Of a DNA stretch of 37,649 bases, positions 36,920 to 37,649 are shown one piece after another (position 1 is the stretch's first letter; every line of letters begins with the position of its first letter). This stretch comes from a virus. Lineage: Duplodnaviria; Caudoviricetes. The notes under the pieces are model-generated. The model did no database searches and was not told where the DNA came from. It worked only from the letters and a program-made list of their open reading frames with translations. The translations under genes and the position numbers were made by a program. The DNA lies in IMG/VR virus record IMGVR_UViG_3300005573_000176, positions 1 through 37,649 of that record; one strand, given 5' to 3'.

Positions 36920-36934
36920 CTCATCATTCCTTCT

Positions 36935-37381
36935 CTATTTTTTTATTAATTCAGATTGTATATCTCCAAATATTTCTTCCAAAGAAATAAATTGTGAATT
37001 TGCAATCGCGATAATCCAATATGGCAATACATCTGGATCGAACTCCATTATTAAATCCCGGGCAGCCAGATAAGCGATAGTTAAAAATAATGATTTATTT
37101 CTCGCTGGTTCTTCAAAATAGATAAAACGCTTTAAAGCATCAATGTAATTTTGTATTGTTCTGTTTTTTTCTTCATCAGATTTGAATTTTTGTATTCGTT
37201 TTGTGATTGGATTTTTAATATTCACTTTATATTGATTTTCAATAATAGGACGGGCCGATGATAAACGACAAGGAATACTGTTTAGATAAATAAGATCATC
37301 ATCTGGATAACATGGCCCGACATCCTCAAGATTTCCAATTAATACTTCGCCTTCTAATGTATCAATTAAAAATTTGAACAT
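36935..37381 (-). CDS. Hypothetical protein, distant paralog of neighbour's C-terminal domain
   Basis: AAGGAG RBS; KSLFLTIAYLAA..L.....DVLPYW matches KSFCIIAHLAA..L.....DLPDW. Confidence 0.75.
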   Translation of the reverse strand: MFKFLIDTLEGEVLIGNLEDVGPCYPDDDLIYLNSIPCRLSSARPIIENQYKVNIKNPITKRIQKFKSDEEKNRTIQNYIDALKRFIYFEEPARNKSLFLTIAYLAARDLIMEFDPDVLPYWIIAIANSQFISLEEIFGDIQSELIKK

Positions 37382-37403
37382 AAAATTCTCCTTTTATTCA
37401 CTA

Positions 37404-37649
37404 TCAACATTTTTTTCCTTGTAATTCATCCTGAACTTCTTTTACAATTCTTTCCAAATCCTCTAACTTCGCACCCCCTAATTTCGCCACCCAATCTGGC
37501 AAATCCCTCCGATCATATTCCGTCAGCAAATAGGATGCGGCCAGATGAGCGATAATACAAAATGATTTACTCAAATTACCTCCCCAAATCTGATAATATA
37601 AAGCATTCAAATATTCAGACAATACATTTATTTCTCGACGCTTTAAATT
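37404..37649 (-). CDS. 3' part of homolog of 807..1265 (5'-truncated by window edge)
   Basis: Near-identical to 831..1055 with a different C-terminal tail. Confidence 0.8.
   Translation of the reverse strand, partial: NLKRREINVLSEYLNALYYQIWGGNLSKSFCIIAHLAASYLLTEYDRRDLPDWVAKLGGAKLEDLERIVKEVQDELQGKKC

Noticed and set aside
1-37649. Physical direct terminal repeats of the virion DNA
   Set aside because: The end copies differ by many substitutions and a whole gene, unlike packaging-generated repeats

Overview
About one genome length (~36-36.6 kb) of a temperate tailed phage with an HK97-fold capsid and non-contractile tail. The host is probably a monoderm such as Chloroflexota (inference). From left to right: the end of an early operon with a partial Xer-like recombinase; a cI / Arc-like switch; an attP-like 3' half of tRNA-Lys(CTT) with a tyrosine integrase; a leftward late operon (holins, M23 endolysin, TerS/TerL, portal, protease, capsid, tail, frameshifted chaperone, two paralogous His-rich fibres, a spike); a rightward accessory cassette operon with a palindromic operator; a complete array-less type IV-B-like cas operon (csf1-cas11-csf2-csf3-[sigma-like gene]-cysH-like); small early genes; an iteron-rich origin; a primase-helicase; a dif-like site; and a second tyrosine recombinase. 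The two window ends are diverged copies of the same locus that differ by one gene. The most notable feature is the phage-borne Cascade-like module with a sigma-factor-like gene embedded in it and no CRISPR array. All family assignments come from motif recognition, not database searches.
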